Positions 49,134 through 61,372 of a stretch of DNA of 64,000 bases are shown here, in pieces. This DNA is from Parasitella parasitica NRRL 2501 (taxonomy: Eukaryota; Fungi; Mucoromycota). The position numbers and the translations under genes are program-made. The stretch covers positions 208,445 to 272,444 of the forward strand of contig MU619261.1 in assembly GCA_025201805.1 (NCBI GenBank), given 5' to 3'. Below the pieces are notes generated by a model. It saw only the letters and a program-made list of their open reading frames with translations. It was not told the DNA's origin and searched no databases. Position 1 is the first letter of the stretch. Each line of letters opens with the position of its first letter.

Positions 49134-50566
49134 GGTTAAACATAATACTAGAGAATTCAAATAAATTATATTGTCTTATTACGAATAACATGTTATGCGC
49201 ATGGCTTTTGCATCGGCATTTCCAAAGCAATGTATATCTGTTTGGAGCATGTTTCTGCTATATCGTTGCTATCTGTCTAATTCAGATAAGACGCTGTTGC
49301 ATCTCCTTAACTCTGGGTGTGCTTAGCATCAAGCTTTTTGTCATTAATGAATTCATTACGTAAAATAGACCTTTCTCTCAACCTGCATCCGTTCTGCGCA
49401 ATGGGAATTGTACAACATAGTGTAACTGACTGTTGCAATCAATAACGAATACATTTCCTTGATGTTGATCCCAAGTCTACAATGTTTCAAAAATCGGTCA
49501 AACCTGCCCACTCAGTCATAAATTTACTCCTGCAAACAGGCCAATATTATTCCATGCCAAAAAACGTGGCAGCTGCTATTTGTATGATGAGAAATCCTTT
49601 GGGAAACTTGTCTGAAATATTGAATTGATATTTTGAAAGGTTACTGAAAATATAACTGTGATAAATTGAATACACAGCACCTTCGGTCTATGAGCAAAAT
49701 GGTGGCTTGAATTCAAGATACAACATAGTCATAAAGGTAAACGTAAATGATCATTTCACACTTTTTCATTAGTAAGTGATGAAGAAACATCTAGTTTGCG
49801 CCATGCTGCCACAATAGAAATACAAACTATGTGTCAACGTAAGCAACCAAGTAATCAGATGTCAAGATGAATCGCATTTTGATTTTCAGTAGAGTAAATG
49901 TATTAACAATATAGTGGTATCGTTTATTCGATCAGAGACACATTCGTTATCATTAAAAAAAAATATTTTAGCTTGAAACGATTATCTCTCCATCCTAAAA
50001 CTTGACCTGTGGGAATCGTCATGAGGAGCTAGCATTTTCGATCAATTTCCGCATGTTGCTGATACCTTGGAAAACTAACACATGCAATTTCATATTTTGA
50101 GTGGATGGCGGCAAATGTGGTGTAGCTATTTATCGTGCCCAAAAGGAAAAAAAACTTGTTTGGGGTTACTGACCCTTACTTCATTGTGGAAAAAAAGGGG
50201 TGAATCGAATCAGTAGCAGTACAAACATAATTACCTGCTTTTATATTCTTGAATTAACATATGAAAATAGTCAACCTGATAACTTGCTAATCACAACACC
50301 AACACAGTTGACAACCAATTTACAATAGAAAAATGCCATGATTGTGATACAAAGGCAGGCATTCAAAAGCGGATTTATGCAAAGGGTGTCTTTTGATATG
50401 TCTCATTCGCCCTGGACTGTCCTGCTTGCCACATTTTGTTAACACAGGTTTCACCCATGGAGAAAAAATTAAAAAAAAAAAAAAGGACCGATCTCTATAA
50501 ATCCCCATCCGCAATGTCTTGGAATTTCTTTCCCTCTTTCAACTTTCTTTCTTTGTCGTTTCGAAT

Positions 50567-51647
50567 ATGCCTATTAGAAAAAGAACAACAGGCCCTAGAT
50601 CTGCCCCTAAACTCTTCCGATGCTTAGGCTATGGCAATTGTGACATGGTCTTCACTCGAAGCGAGCATTTAGCAAGACACGAAAGAAAGCATACCGGAGA
50701 GGTTGGTACCTTACATTACTTCAAGTTAAAACAGTCATTTACTTTTTATTGCTCCTAGAAACCGTATGAATGCATTGTGCCCGGCTGTAATCGAAGATTT
50801 AGCAGATTTGACAACATGATGCAGCATACTCAAACTCATGAAAAAACAAAAAGAGCAGCTCACTCTACTGCAAAATCTACTAAATTAAATCGAAAGCCAA
50901 AAGAGAGATCTCCCACTCCGATCAAGTCCGAGTCATTATCATCAGATTACTTGCTTGAAGGATCAAAAGATGTGCCTGCTCTGGACTTTTCCTCCATGAT
51001 TGATAGTCGAAAGCTGCCGTTACCAAGACGAGCTTCTCTTACTTGCACCTCCACCACTTACAATTTACCTTTGACTTCTGCTTCGTTGATCTATCCAACT
51101 CCTCAGCAATCTCATCAAAACACACCTCGAAATCGCTGTTCATGGCCAATTAGAAGGGAACCCTCTTTTTATCAACAGCCTTATCAACCATACTCGACGA
51201 ATGAAAGCTATCACAACACTCGTCGTAGATCTTCTACATCTACCCAATCTTCTGAATCGACTTTGGCGACATTTCCCTCCAATCTCGCAAATCATAATCT
51301 TAGACGAAGAATCTCGATTGATGATCTGCGTTTACCAATCGAAGATTTAAAAAATATTCAATTAGGGGAAAAGCCTAGACTAGACACTGTTGATATTACT
51401 CCTGACGAGTATGAAGCATTAGAAGGCTTTAGTCAATTCCATTCCAAACCAGTAATTGCCCCAATACCATGTTCTCCCACAGGTATAAATATCATCCTCG
51501 TTATTATGACATAAGTGGCACTAATTGTTTTCCAAAGATTTGACGCCATCTCCTATTTTGAGAAACGAAAGCCCAAACTTTGCTTCTCAAGTGTGTGCAA
51601 TGAGACAGCGTGTCATGACGCTGAATGAATCATTTTCAAGAGGTTAA
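50567..51647 (+). CDS. C2H2 zinc-finger transcription factor, Usv1/Rgm1/NsdC-like (3 exons)
   Basis: [29 protein letters not shown]|[27 protein letters not shown]. Confidence 0.88.
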
Positions 51648-52396
51648 AACAGCAATTTTTTTCAGCTTGTAGCACGTGTATTATTGTTTGATTTTTCATT
51701 GTAAAGTTTTAATATTATTATATAAGTAAAAAAATAAAATAGCTACCACTGCGGTGTCATGTACGTTGGATTTGCTTAATGTGGATTGGCACATGCAATT
51801 TGAAGAGTTTGTTGTCATGACAGCACTTGTCTGATCTACAATGAATTAGCGAATGATCTCTTATCATGCATATGCACATTAGTGACTGTGCGCTACCGTC
51901 TGGAGCTCCTTTTATTTGGCACTCTACCAACAGAACATACTCGGGGTTATACCCTGTTTAATAGATAGAAATGGAGGATACTAGTGTCAAACTCTCTATT
52001 GATCTGACTAACAGAGTTTTGCAGCAATTCAATAAATTCTCTCATAAAGCAACCATCACAATAGACATCGGCCCTAATCTAATGTTGGCCGTAAAGTACT
52101 TAGCAAGTTCTTGGATCATCTACAAATCCATTGACGTAAGTTTCAAAGAGTTAGCCAAATAAAGGAATCGAGGATATAAAAATTGACGTCAATGATCATT
52201 TTATAGGCTGTTTTGAATGCCTATAATAGCAATAAAAAATCTGCCAAAAGTAGTCGCCATAGAATAACTAACAAGATCCGAAAGAACATGATGAAATGAT
52301 CAACTCCCAAACTTGAATAGGGGTTTCAAACCAAAATGAATAATAAAGCTTCACATTGCTTTCTCTTTCGTTCCGGTTCTATACGCCTTTTCAGAA

Positions 52397-53125
52397 ATGA
52401 ATAGCTTGAGATCTTTAAAAGTTTTTTACAACAAATCCTACGATAAACGCCCAATTCTCACTCTATGCGTTGCAAATGGCATTCTTGGTGCGGTTAGCGA
52501 TACAATGGCTCAGAGCATTAGCCTATACAACAAATACAACAAACGTTTGCAAGACGAATTGCTACCTGCTTCAGTAAAAAAACATCAGAGTATGTGGACA
52601 TTAACAAATACGTGGGATTTTAAACGCACATTTCGATTTGCTGCCTACAATTTCTGTGTAGCGCCCTTGGGTGGCAAGTGGTACATGTTTTTAGACAAAT
52701 TCTTTCCAATGCCTGTGGTTACAGGTGTGGTTACCAAAGCTGTTCAAAGTCAACTCACAAGAAGAGCAAATGGCATGGCTATCAAGCGTATGGTAACAGA
52801 TCAAGCACTGTTTGCCCCTGCAGGTTTGGTCCTATTCTTTTCAGTCATGGGTTTGGCAGAAAGTGGCAAATGGGAGGGTGTAAAAGAGAAGTTCAGAGAT
52901 GCCTACATGCCTGCTCTAATTGCAAACTACAAGGTGTGGCCGGCTGTGCAATACATTAACTTTAAATTCATGCCATTACAGTACCGTTTACCTTTTGTCA
53001 GTAGCCTGGGCATTGTTTGGAATGCGTATTTGAGTTGGTTGAATAATGCTTCCAAACAAGAGGAAGTTGTGTTGGAAATATTGGAAAAAGAAGATACCGG
53101 ATTAGAAGTTGTTCAATCCTCTTAG
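52397..53125 (+). CDS. Mpv17/PMP22 family membrane protein (Sym1-like)
   Basis: RPILTL...GAVSDTMAQ, KRTFRF, KRMVTDQALFAP, NYKVWPAVQYINFKFMPLQYRLPFVS....WNAYLS. Confidence 0.93.
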   Translation: MNSLRSLKVFYNKSYDKRPILTLCVANGILGAVSDTMAQSISLYNKYNKRLQDELLPASVKKHQSMWTLTNTWDFKRTFRFAAYNFCVAPLGGKWYMFLDKFFPMPVVTGVVTKAVQSQLTRRANGMAIKRMVTDQALFAPAGLVLFFSVMGLAESGKWEGVKEKFRDAYMPALIANYKVWPAVQYINFKFMPLQYRLPFVSSLGIVWNAYLSWLNNASKQEEVVLEILEKEDTGLEVVQSS

Positions 53126-54114
53126 ATGACTAGATTATATATAAGCTTTTGTTCATTGCTATGACATATATGTTTATATACAGACCAATGCCTTACATAA
53201 TTTATTTTGCAAGTTGATATTAACACTAATAAAGCATTTTATTTCAAGTTTTTGTGCCTGAACGCACTCCTCAATTAAAACTTGTTAAAGCACAGTGGCC
53301 CACTCGTCAAAGCGACTGACATTAGTAGACATTTATACTCAAAAGTAATAAAAATTGTGATAATTGTCAATCTGTATAACATTACTAATGCTTATATTCC
53401 TGAAGACGCTTAGTAAGATCAAAGTAATCTATAAATTACGGCTGTTTTAATCTTTGGAGAAATTTGAGCTGAGGGTCCAAGTTTCGACAACAGTCTTTGC
53501 TGAAGTCCTGAATCAAATTAATATGCTTAAGGTATGTGAAAATTAAATCAATCCATCAACAAGCAAATTTTATTTTAGAGGTGATAGCTGGCCATTCCAA
53601 TGTAGATTTTATTTCAAACATTACTTATTATTTATCAAGGAAGCTGTTGCTGATAGATCAAAGCATCAAGTCCGGGATGAATGTGCTGCATACACGGTAA
53701 TATTCTAATAGACTAACGATGTTGTATCAGACACGGTCAATCGATCATTACGAAATTAGATTGTGGACACCACAGTAACAATAAGTAATACGTTCCCTGC
53801 GTGGCAAGACAGTTTGGTGTTCTTGAAATGATGGCCAGCTTGGTGAACAAGATTACTTTCTGATTTGAATGCAGGCTATTTTAAAGTTGATAATATTGCC
53901 AACGTAACTTAGATTTACGATTATATATTCCAGAAATGAGTTCATTAGAAGGTGGACCAAGATAATAAAAATATGTACAAGAGTTCGTACGCCAAATGTT
54001 CTTTACTAGGATTTCCAAAGAATAATACAGAAATAGAAAATTTCCTGACTATAATTGATCTTGGCGATATAAATGGGTTCCACGAATATGGCAATACCAT
54101 AAGACATTCATCTA

Positions 54115-54346
54115 TACAGTGCTTCCATTCTCAATTTACCGACCCGAAAACTTGAAGTTAATTTGACCATTTCTTCGAAAATAAATTAACCACTTTCAAT
54201 TAAATGGACCAATATTTTGGTCAAATTGATTACAAAGGCTCTTATTTAAAGTATTTAGGACGAATTTTTTAAAGACATCCGAATAAAAAGGTTTGGGTCA
54301 ATTTGGCCGGTCAATCTTTTCCGAAAAAGTGGTCAGAAGCACTGTA
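54115..54346. mobile_element. Non-autonomous Tc1/mariner-type MITE (~228 bp)
   Basis: TA|CAGTGCTTC at 54115-54125 and GAAGCACTG|TA at 54336-54346 form a perfect inverted pair with TA flanks. A diverged sub-terminal inverted repeat is also present (tgaccatttcttcgaaaa vs ttttccgaaaaagtggtca). Confidence 0.75.
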
Positions 54347-54609
54347 CCACCTAAAAGTGTCCATTATATAATGTTCCATTTTTATTAGGAAAGAAAAAAG
54401 GAAAGTTGGAAATTGCTAATTCAAACTTCAAGTAGTTGTGCTGCTTTAATAGATAAATTTGGAACAGCCATCCCTCACACGATATTATCTTTCCAGTTTC
54501 ACTACAATATTCTTTCAATAATACAAAAGTGAAAGCGAACATTTTATTTACAATTAGAACTAAACAATTGATTAAAATATGGTACAAGGCTATTATAAGT
54601 GTAATGAGA

Positions 54610-55119
54610 TTAAGGGGCATGCGCAACGACACGTACGACCACAGAATCAACGGTTTGCAAATACTTATTTTGACGTCTGACAGCCAACAAGAGAGAGGTG
54701 CCATTTTCTGGGACACTGATAGCAGCAGGGGGTACAACAAAAGGGAAACTTGTTTGATTCATGGGACCTCCAGCTAGTGTATCGGTCTTGTCGAAAAAGA
54801 ATATGGCAACAGTTTCACTGGGGGCGCCTTCTTTGAACGTAACATTGACTCTTTCGCCAACGTACCAAGTGGTATTAACAGTAGGAAATAAAATTTCTAT
54901 AACAAGCATGTCAGTTAGAATGCGCTTCACATTGAAGAAACTGCATATCTTCTACTTACGTCCTTGGCTATTGCTAGTGACAGGTGGGGCACTATTTAAT
55001 TCAGCAACATACATTTTCGCAATTTCGAAATCGTCCATGTTATTGTAAGGAATACTTGTGGATGATGCGAACGAACATAACAAGGCAAATGCAATGGCTA
55101 AAAGTGCTTGGAGTTTCAT
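54610..55119 (-). CDS. Small secreted protein with a beta-rich (Kre9/Knh1 N-terminal Ig-like) domain, 2 exons
   Basis: Exon 1 (not in the track) reads MKLQALLAIAFALLCSFASS/TSIPYNNMDDFEI...SQG and splices to ILFPTVNTTWYVGERVNVTF. The P...T.W..G....VT(W/F) pattern is typical of that fold. Confidence 0.7.
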
Positions 55120-55560
55120 TTTTTGCTTTTGATTTTTGTTTTTTGTTTTTTTTACAATGGGTTATTTGAATGGATACCGATTCTACGCTGGGGTTTATAT
55201 ACGCTTCAACAAAATCATTATCAGAATGTGAATCCAAAAGCCGTCAAAATAGGATAAAGATATAGCCTGAAACATGCGCTATAGCATCATTTGCCATGCA
55301 ATTGAAGGGTTACTCGCAAATGGTGATAGGTTCGCCTGATTTCATTCATGTAAAAAAAAGAAACATGGAACAAATTTCACCTTCAGTTTTATCTTCTCGA
55401 GTGGCCAAATTTCAGTGCCACACTTTTGTGCAACTTTATATTGTTTAAAAACAGAGATAGAGTTTGGCATGGCGTGTGAGAATCGGTTTATTCATTCAAA
55501 ATGTGTGAATTCGAGAGACAAACTGTGCATAGCCAAGGGGAAATAAAGGAGAGGGATTCT

Positions 55561-56599
55561 TTAAAGTTCGTATCCAACAAGAACATAACCTGTTTCTTGG
55601 CCGTAAACGGCAGGATCGATCATTTCAAATCCAAGATACATGAAAGCACGCAGCATGGTGCTTAATGTGTCTTTGTAATCATGGCGATCAACCGCTACAA
55701 CCAAAGCACTACAGCCCGTTTTTTCCTCGGCAAGTTCAATCAAATGAGTGATACTACATTGCATCATGGCTACATGTCAGTCTACATACGCTGTAAGGCC
55801 GAGTTTTTCCTTACCATGATTGAAATTCGCCGTCAGCCCAATTCAATAAACCAGCATTTGGGCCAACAAAAGGAGAGCTGAGAAAAACCGTGTCATTGTA
55901 AATAAATGCTTCACAAGAGAGTGTTCTTATCTCTGGAAATCCTGTTCTGGTCGTCTTGATATTCAAAGTCTCATCAACCTGAGCGTGGAATATGCTAGTT
56001 TGACCAAATATTTGGACAATAAAGTCATTTGTAACTGTCCATGTTTATGGTTGTAATGAGCCACACGAAGTTGTCAGAAGCGTTATACTTACCATTACGA
56101 CCGTTTACAGTGACAAGATCGACTGCAGTTTCTTGTAAGTTTATTTTTGCATCGTTGTTGTTGTTTTGGCTACCTGTAGTGGTAGAAGAAACTGATGTCA
56201 TGGTTTGTAGAGGAATTGGTAATTCCTTTTTTGCAGGACTTGCTATAATCATGGACTCAAGGTGTTGAACTGCTTGCTACTGTTACTACTAATACTAATA
56301 CTCCTACTGCTACTACTGCTGCTGCTACTACTACTGCTACTACTACTGCTACTACTGCTACTACTACTACTACTACTGCTGCTGCTGCTACTGCTGCTAC
56401 TACTACTACTACTATTACTACTACTACTACTAGTACTGCTCGAGGGTATTATATTCTTTTCTTTGGTGGCCTTGGAAAAGATGGTGCTTGAAGCGTAAAG
56501 AAGGATTACCGTGTGTTTATCCAGTGCTGTTACTCTATTTCCTTGTAGGTGTTTCGCTGTTTTGGTTGTTTGTGGCGTTAAATGGTTAGCACAAATCAT
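55561..56599 (-). CDS. OAZ1: Ornithine decarboxylase antizyme: ORF1 56599-56249 and spliced ORF2 from 56258/56252 to 55561
   Basis: C-terminal antizyme domain ITHLIELAEEKTGCSALVVAVDR...LRAFMYLGFEMIDP...VLVGYEL. ORF2 is open across introns 56092-56035 and 55814-55754. An overlapping upstream ORF1 in a different frame ends in TGA. Confidence 0.9.
56272..56440 (-). repeat. (AGT/AGC)n trinucleotide expansion encoding poly-Ser in antizyme ORF1
   Basis: More than 50 triplets. Variation is mostly AGT/AGC, which is synonymous only in the ORF1 frame. Confidence 0.95.
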
Positions 56600-57153
56600 T
56601 GTATAGCATCATGTAGATTACCTGTAAAAACACCTAAAACAAACAGAAATATAAAAAAAGGGGAGGGTCAAGGGTTTAAAAAGGCTGCAATGAGTAATAA
56701 TAATAAATAAAAAAAAGTTTGAAGGATAAGGCTTTTCTTTCTTTATCTGCGTATAGATGGGCTGTCTTGGAAGATTGACGATAGTAAAAGAAAAAGAAAA
56801 GGCTAGTCTTTCGGTTGGTACAGAGGGCTGTCGCGCTTAGGGGCGGTTCAAGTGTTGTAAAGGAAGAAGAAGGGATTTGGGTGAGAAATTTTCATCGCCT
56901 ATTTATACGCACTACACGGAGTGTGCTTAAGCAACTAATAATGCCAGCGTAAATAAGAGCACTCGTTCTTGTATCACATTTGAATTGGGACTATATGCAG
57001 CAATACAATTCATATATCGTGTGTCAAGTTTAGAGAGCTGCATGCATCGCTTCTAGGCACTCCCTTTTTTTTTTTCTTGAAATGAACCCACAAGTACATA
57101 TATATATATATACTCGGTTTCTGAAAGCCAGGCATGCCGTTTATTGCCGTTCA

Positions 57154-58524
57154 TCACAATAAGATGCTTCTTTTAAACACTCGAGTCGAGCCATACTGCA
57201 GCTGCAGGTTATTAACAATATCAAGGAGCACTCTTTCGTTGGAGACTGCTGTTAGCGCAGTAATTGGTGTGTTTGGGTATATACTTGTTATCTTTTCGGC
57301 TGCTCTGAGGTATCCAAAGTGAAAATCTGTACCCCATTGCGAAACACAGTGTGCATCCTCCAGCACAAATCTTGTGATACGTCCATTCTGATGTAGCTGT
57401 TTGATGTCTAATGTACATTTTGAAAAGTCGTCAAATGTCATCAAGTACACTGTCGGCTTCTGCAGTGCTTGGACAATGGTTTGCTTGAATTCCACAGTGG
57501 GGATCCACCAGTTTCTCTTGAGGTTTCGGAACCTTGTTACAAAATAACTCTGCACCTGTTCTAGATTGAATGACGGATTTGTCTCTTTCGCGAGCAGGGA
57601 TGAAAGCGATGGCACTATAACGATGGTAACAAGAAATGGATTATGCTGCAAGGTAGCTGGCAGCAAGTAGCACATATCTCTTGCTGGTCCAGACGGCATA
57701 ACAATCAAAAGGTTTTCATTGTCAAGATGGGCATATATCGAATCTAGTTGATTGGCCATGAATGCTTTTTGATGGAACAGTGCTAGCCGCTCTTCGATTC
57801 TTTGCTGTTGGGGTACAATGAACGTTTTGTCGCTGTCATCAGGGTTAGGGTCGGCCGATGTAGGAAAGCTCGTTTCGCTTTCCCATTCATTCGAAGCATC
57901 AAAGTAGAAGGCATCTTCGCTCATGGCACGCGTTACAGATGACCTACTAGGACTGTTTAAAGCTCCATTAGGTATTTTCTCTCGATTGCTTAATTTCATA
58001 TGCCTAATACGAAGCTGTTGGTTTGCTCATATTAGTCTGTATAGCAAGATCCTTTGATGGACTAATTTTACCTTGGCTACAGGGTCCATAAAACCAGATT
58101 TTTGATGGTCAGCGTCCACACCAGCCGGTTGTTTTTCTTCTGAAGGGATGGTTTCAGGCTCCTTGTCTACCACAGACCTTGTATCAAATTCTAACAAGGT
58201 GGAAAGTTTGCCCTTACCGTCTGCTTCCATATTTGTCGCCCAAACACAAGGATTGTGTGCCTCCTGCTCTTTTAATGCTCTGTTGCGTACTGTTCTATTG
58301 GAATCATCTTTTTCATAATCTAGAGTATAGTATAAGATCATAGCCACCATCTTGTACACATGTAATTAATTACTTTCAGAACTCCTCGCCAATTTGGGTT
58401 GTTCGTACGGTTTCGTGGCAGAGGCGTGCCACACCCTTGTTTTGATTGCAATAGGAGTAACAGCGTATGGCTTGACTGTGTTCTCATACCAGGTCAATTG
58501 CTCCTTGTAATTAGTGTTCATCAT
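57154..58524 (-). CDS. Truncated RecQ-family protein (first RecA lobe only, degenerate ATPase motifs), 3 exons
   Basis: FMANQLDSI (motif 0), MPSGPARDMCYLLPA (cf. MPTGGGKSLCYQLPA), VPSLSSL, VLEDAHCVSQWGTDF (cf. DEAHCVSQWGHDF), ITALTA, then stop. The three track ORFs join in frame via GT-AG introns near 58372-58320 and 58071-58015. Confidence 0.82.
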
Positions 58525-61372
58525 GTTTTTGTTTATAGAGAAGAAGCAATCAAGTTGATTTGTTCGTTTAAGCTCAGTTTTTGGTCCCTTTGTTACACGT
58601 AGCCTCATAAATGCTGTGGGGCACGATGATGGCCAAATGGCATTTTACTATCGTGGCAAAATTTGAACATAGTGTTTCATCTACCAAATTGTACACTTTT
58701 ATACCAGAATTTGTGATTCAGTTACGCCACAAAAATAGATAAAGGCCATAATTGGCGTTGAAAATAGGCTCGTGGTGTTACTACTGAATGCATAAATGAG
58801 TTGTATCTCGCTCGAGCACCTAGAAATATGCAAGTTCATATTATGCCGACCCTAGCATAATGCCATTGTGTATAAATACATCTACAACAGAATGTATCCG
58901 TATTAAAGTGTAATTCTTTGGCAGACTTATATTCTATTTGACTTTTGACATAGCATTGCGTATAACTTTTGATATACACATCACACAGTGAAAATTAAGT
59001 AACGCTCAGATAGCCCTGATCATGCCTGTTTAAATCAGATTTAAAACAGTCGAAATTTAGTTTTGTGCGAAAAATTATAAGCGTTAATACGTATTTCTTG
59101 CATGAAAATTACCGTTTTTTGATGAGAAAGTTGTATATAATATGTATTTTTTTTTGGACAGGAATATATCTATAAGATAGTGTTAATTTTACGGTTACTT
59201 GAGCAGAAGTTACGATCAACAGTTTTCTAATTATGGAATCAAAAACTATGCTCGCACATAACTTTTGGTATACGTGACATGAGATAATACTTTTATAATC
59301 AGTGATTTTTACTGGCACAAGCGTCCATGATGTCCTTCGATCAACATCCACCAGGCTATCACTCGTACAATCTCGTTCATATCCATCTTGTCTATTTTCA
59401 CTGTTGCTTTATAATACGTTAGCCAATCTTTCACAACGTTCTCGTTTGCGCTTCTGATTTCAGATAATGTTGTTTCGATTGTGGTTTCGTCGTCTTTCTT
59501 TTTTTCATTTAAAATACTTCCTTTGGAGATGACATTCTTCATCCCATCCCCTGCCTCCATTATAATGCGTTTTTATGTGCAGTTTCATTGTCTTTCCATT
59601 TACCTTGAAACACTTCTTGTCAAGTTGCCATGCCCTCGTCTTTGCCTCTGCTATGTGACAATGCATTTTGCATGGCGGGATTATTGTTATTGCCTGTGCT
59701 TTCTAATATTCTTCGTCTGAAACAAAATCCCTTCTGGAATGAAATAAAGCCTTTTATTGTCATATCATTAATCGAATTCCACGATTTAAGCCTAAAAGAA
59801 CACTCACATTAAATCTAGGCATAAAAAGTATAGCTGGGTATTTAAAATATCTGTGAGCGATTGCATTCCTGATCAAAGTACAATCTATCACAATACAGAC
59901 ACTCTTTATATCAAGCAATACTTGATTATGCTCGATTTCAGGATTCGATAAAGCATCTGCTCATTAAAGTCGCAGTTGCATTAATTCTATAGATATAAAC
60001 AAAAATACCGAATCCCGAAACCCATAAAAAGCTCTGTTGCTTTCTCAACCGAATATAAAATGCATCGTAAGTTCCAGTATTGTATCGAAATTTCAACTGT
60101 TACCCTGTAATGAGAGAATGCCAATAATAGACATTCTTCTTTGTGCCTGTAGAATAGACATGTTCACAGATGATGTAACTATTTCACAAATCGTATGAAT
60201 ATAGCTATATTCTCTCCTTCAGATTTCTTTTAGTCAAATAAAGTTAAAAGACTATAATTGTATTTTCTCGCTATGTGTTTATTTCTTATAATGTTTATTT
60301 TTATCATAAAATTATACAATTTTATTCCACCTTTTTCTATCCAAAATAAAATCATCCTGCAATACTTTGCGCCTGACTGGAACTGCAGTATATGTCGTGG
60401 TAATCCTCATTTTACCAAAGTTGGATGTGCGAAAAAGAGACTATGGGATATGAGCACGGCTTTTGACCACTTGCCGCAAGCCACTTTGAACAGACTCTTG
60501 CATTGGATATTTTGTATACTTTTGACATGCTTTTGCCGTTAAAGTATAGCGCATTGCAAATATACTTCTCTTTATGCGTTCCTTTTTGTTTTTTTTTTGT
60601 TTTTTTTTTAAAAGCCAGCTACAAAAAATGTCTTTTATCCATGCAGAACGCACGTACCCTTAAGTGTGGCAACCTTGCTTGGTGACTCAAATTAGTATTT
60701 GCAGACTTTTGACGTTGGCAGGCAGAACTCATTAATAAGCTTTATCGTATTTTTAATTGAGAGACCATAGAAGATGTAATCAACAAATGTAAGTCAAGTC
60801 GGGAGCATCGACAGAAAATCAGGTACTACAATGAAAAAAATAACACCGACTGCTGTCAATCTTGCATGAATTTGCAAATATACCCAGTTTTAGCTCGCCA
60901 GACCTAGCAGTATTAAGTGCTTGAACATAGAACATAGAGCATAAACAATTCACTGTTGGATTAATGCATTTGATATGCGGCTATTAGTACTAGGTATTTC
61001 TTGACAAGTGCTAAACGGAAATCAAAAGCAGTACATTAGCATAACATTGTTGCAGAAGGAGGTTATATGTACTACTGGAAAGTCTTCAAATGCATACAAG
61101 CAAGAGTACACTATACTCGGAGATGAAGATGCTAATAAAGGGTTGCCATTGTAAGCGATACGTGAAATGTTACCAGCTGCTTGATTGATCTGGTAGATCA
61201 AGGGAAATGAGAACGCGGCTGCGCTGTCAAAGGCATGAAGAAGATACATATGCTTATTATACACCTGTGACCATCCTGGCAGTCATATCAACTCTATAAT
61301 GGTGCAGAGTCTCTTTTTTTTTTCCCTTTGTTTCTTCACGTTTCTGTCAATACTTGAATAAGCTTAAAACTG

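Noticed and set aside
55973-56092. Alternative antizyme frameshift site GGT-TGA created by splicing 56092 to the ctcag acceptor at 55979
   Set aside because: The nearer acceptor at 56035 gives a normal 58-nt intron and keeps ORF2 open (NVTNDFIVQIFGQ...), so no shift is needed there.
56262-56498. Poly-Leu ORF on the + strand
   Set aside because: Antisense reading of the poly-Ser microsatellite.
5698-58524. A DNA-damage-tolerance cluster (REV7, MGS1, RecQ-like)
   Set aside because: The genes are spread over 50 kb among unrelated housekeeping genes, with no evidence of co-regulation.
59309-59820. Short coding-like minus-strand ORF (MEAGDG...IAWWMLIEG)
   Set aside because: Possibly a decayed gene or TE fragment, but there is no recognisable motif or consistent exon structure.
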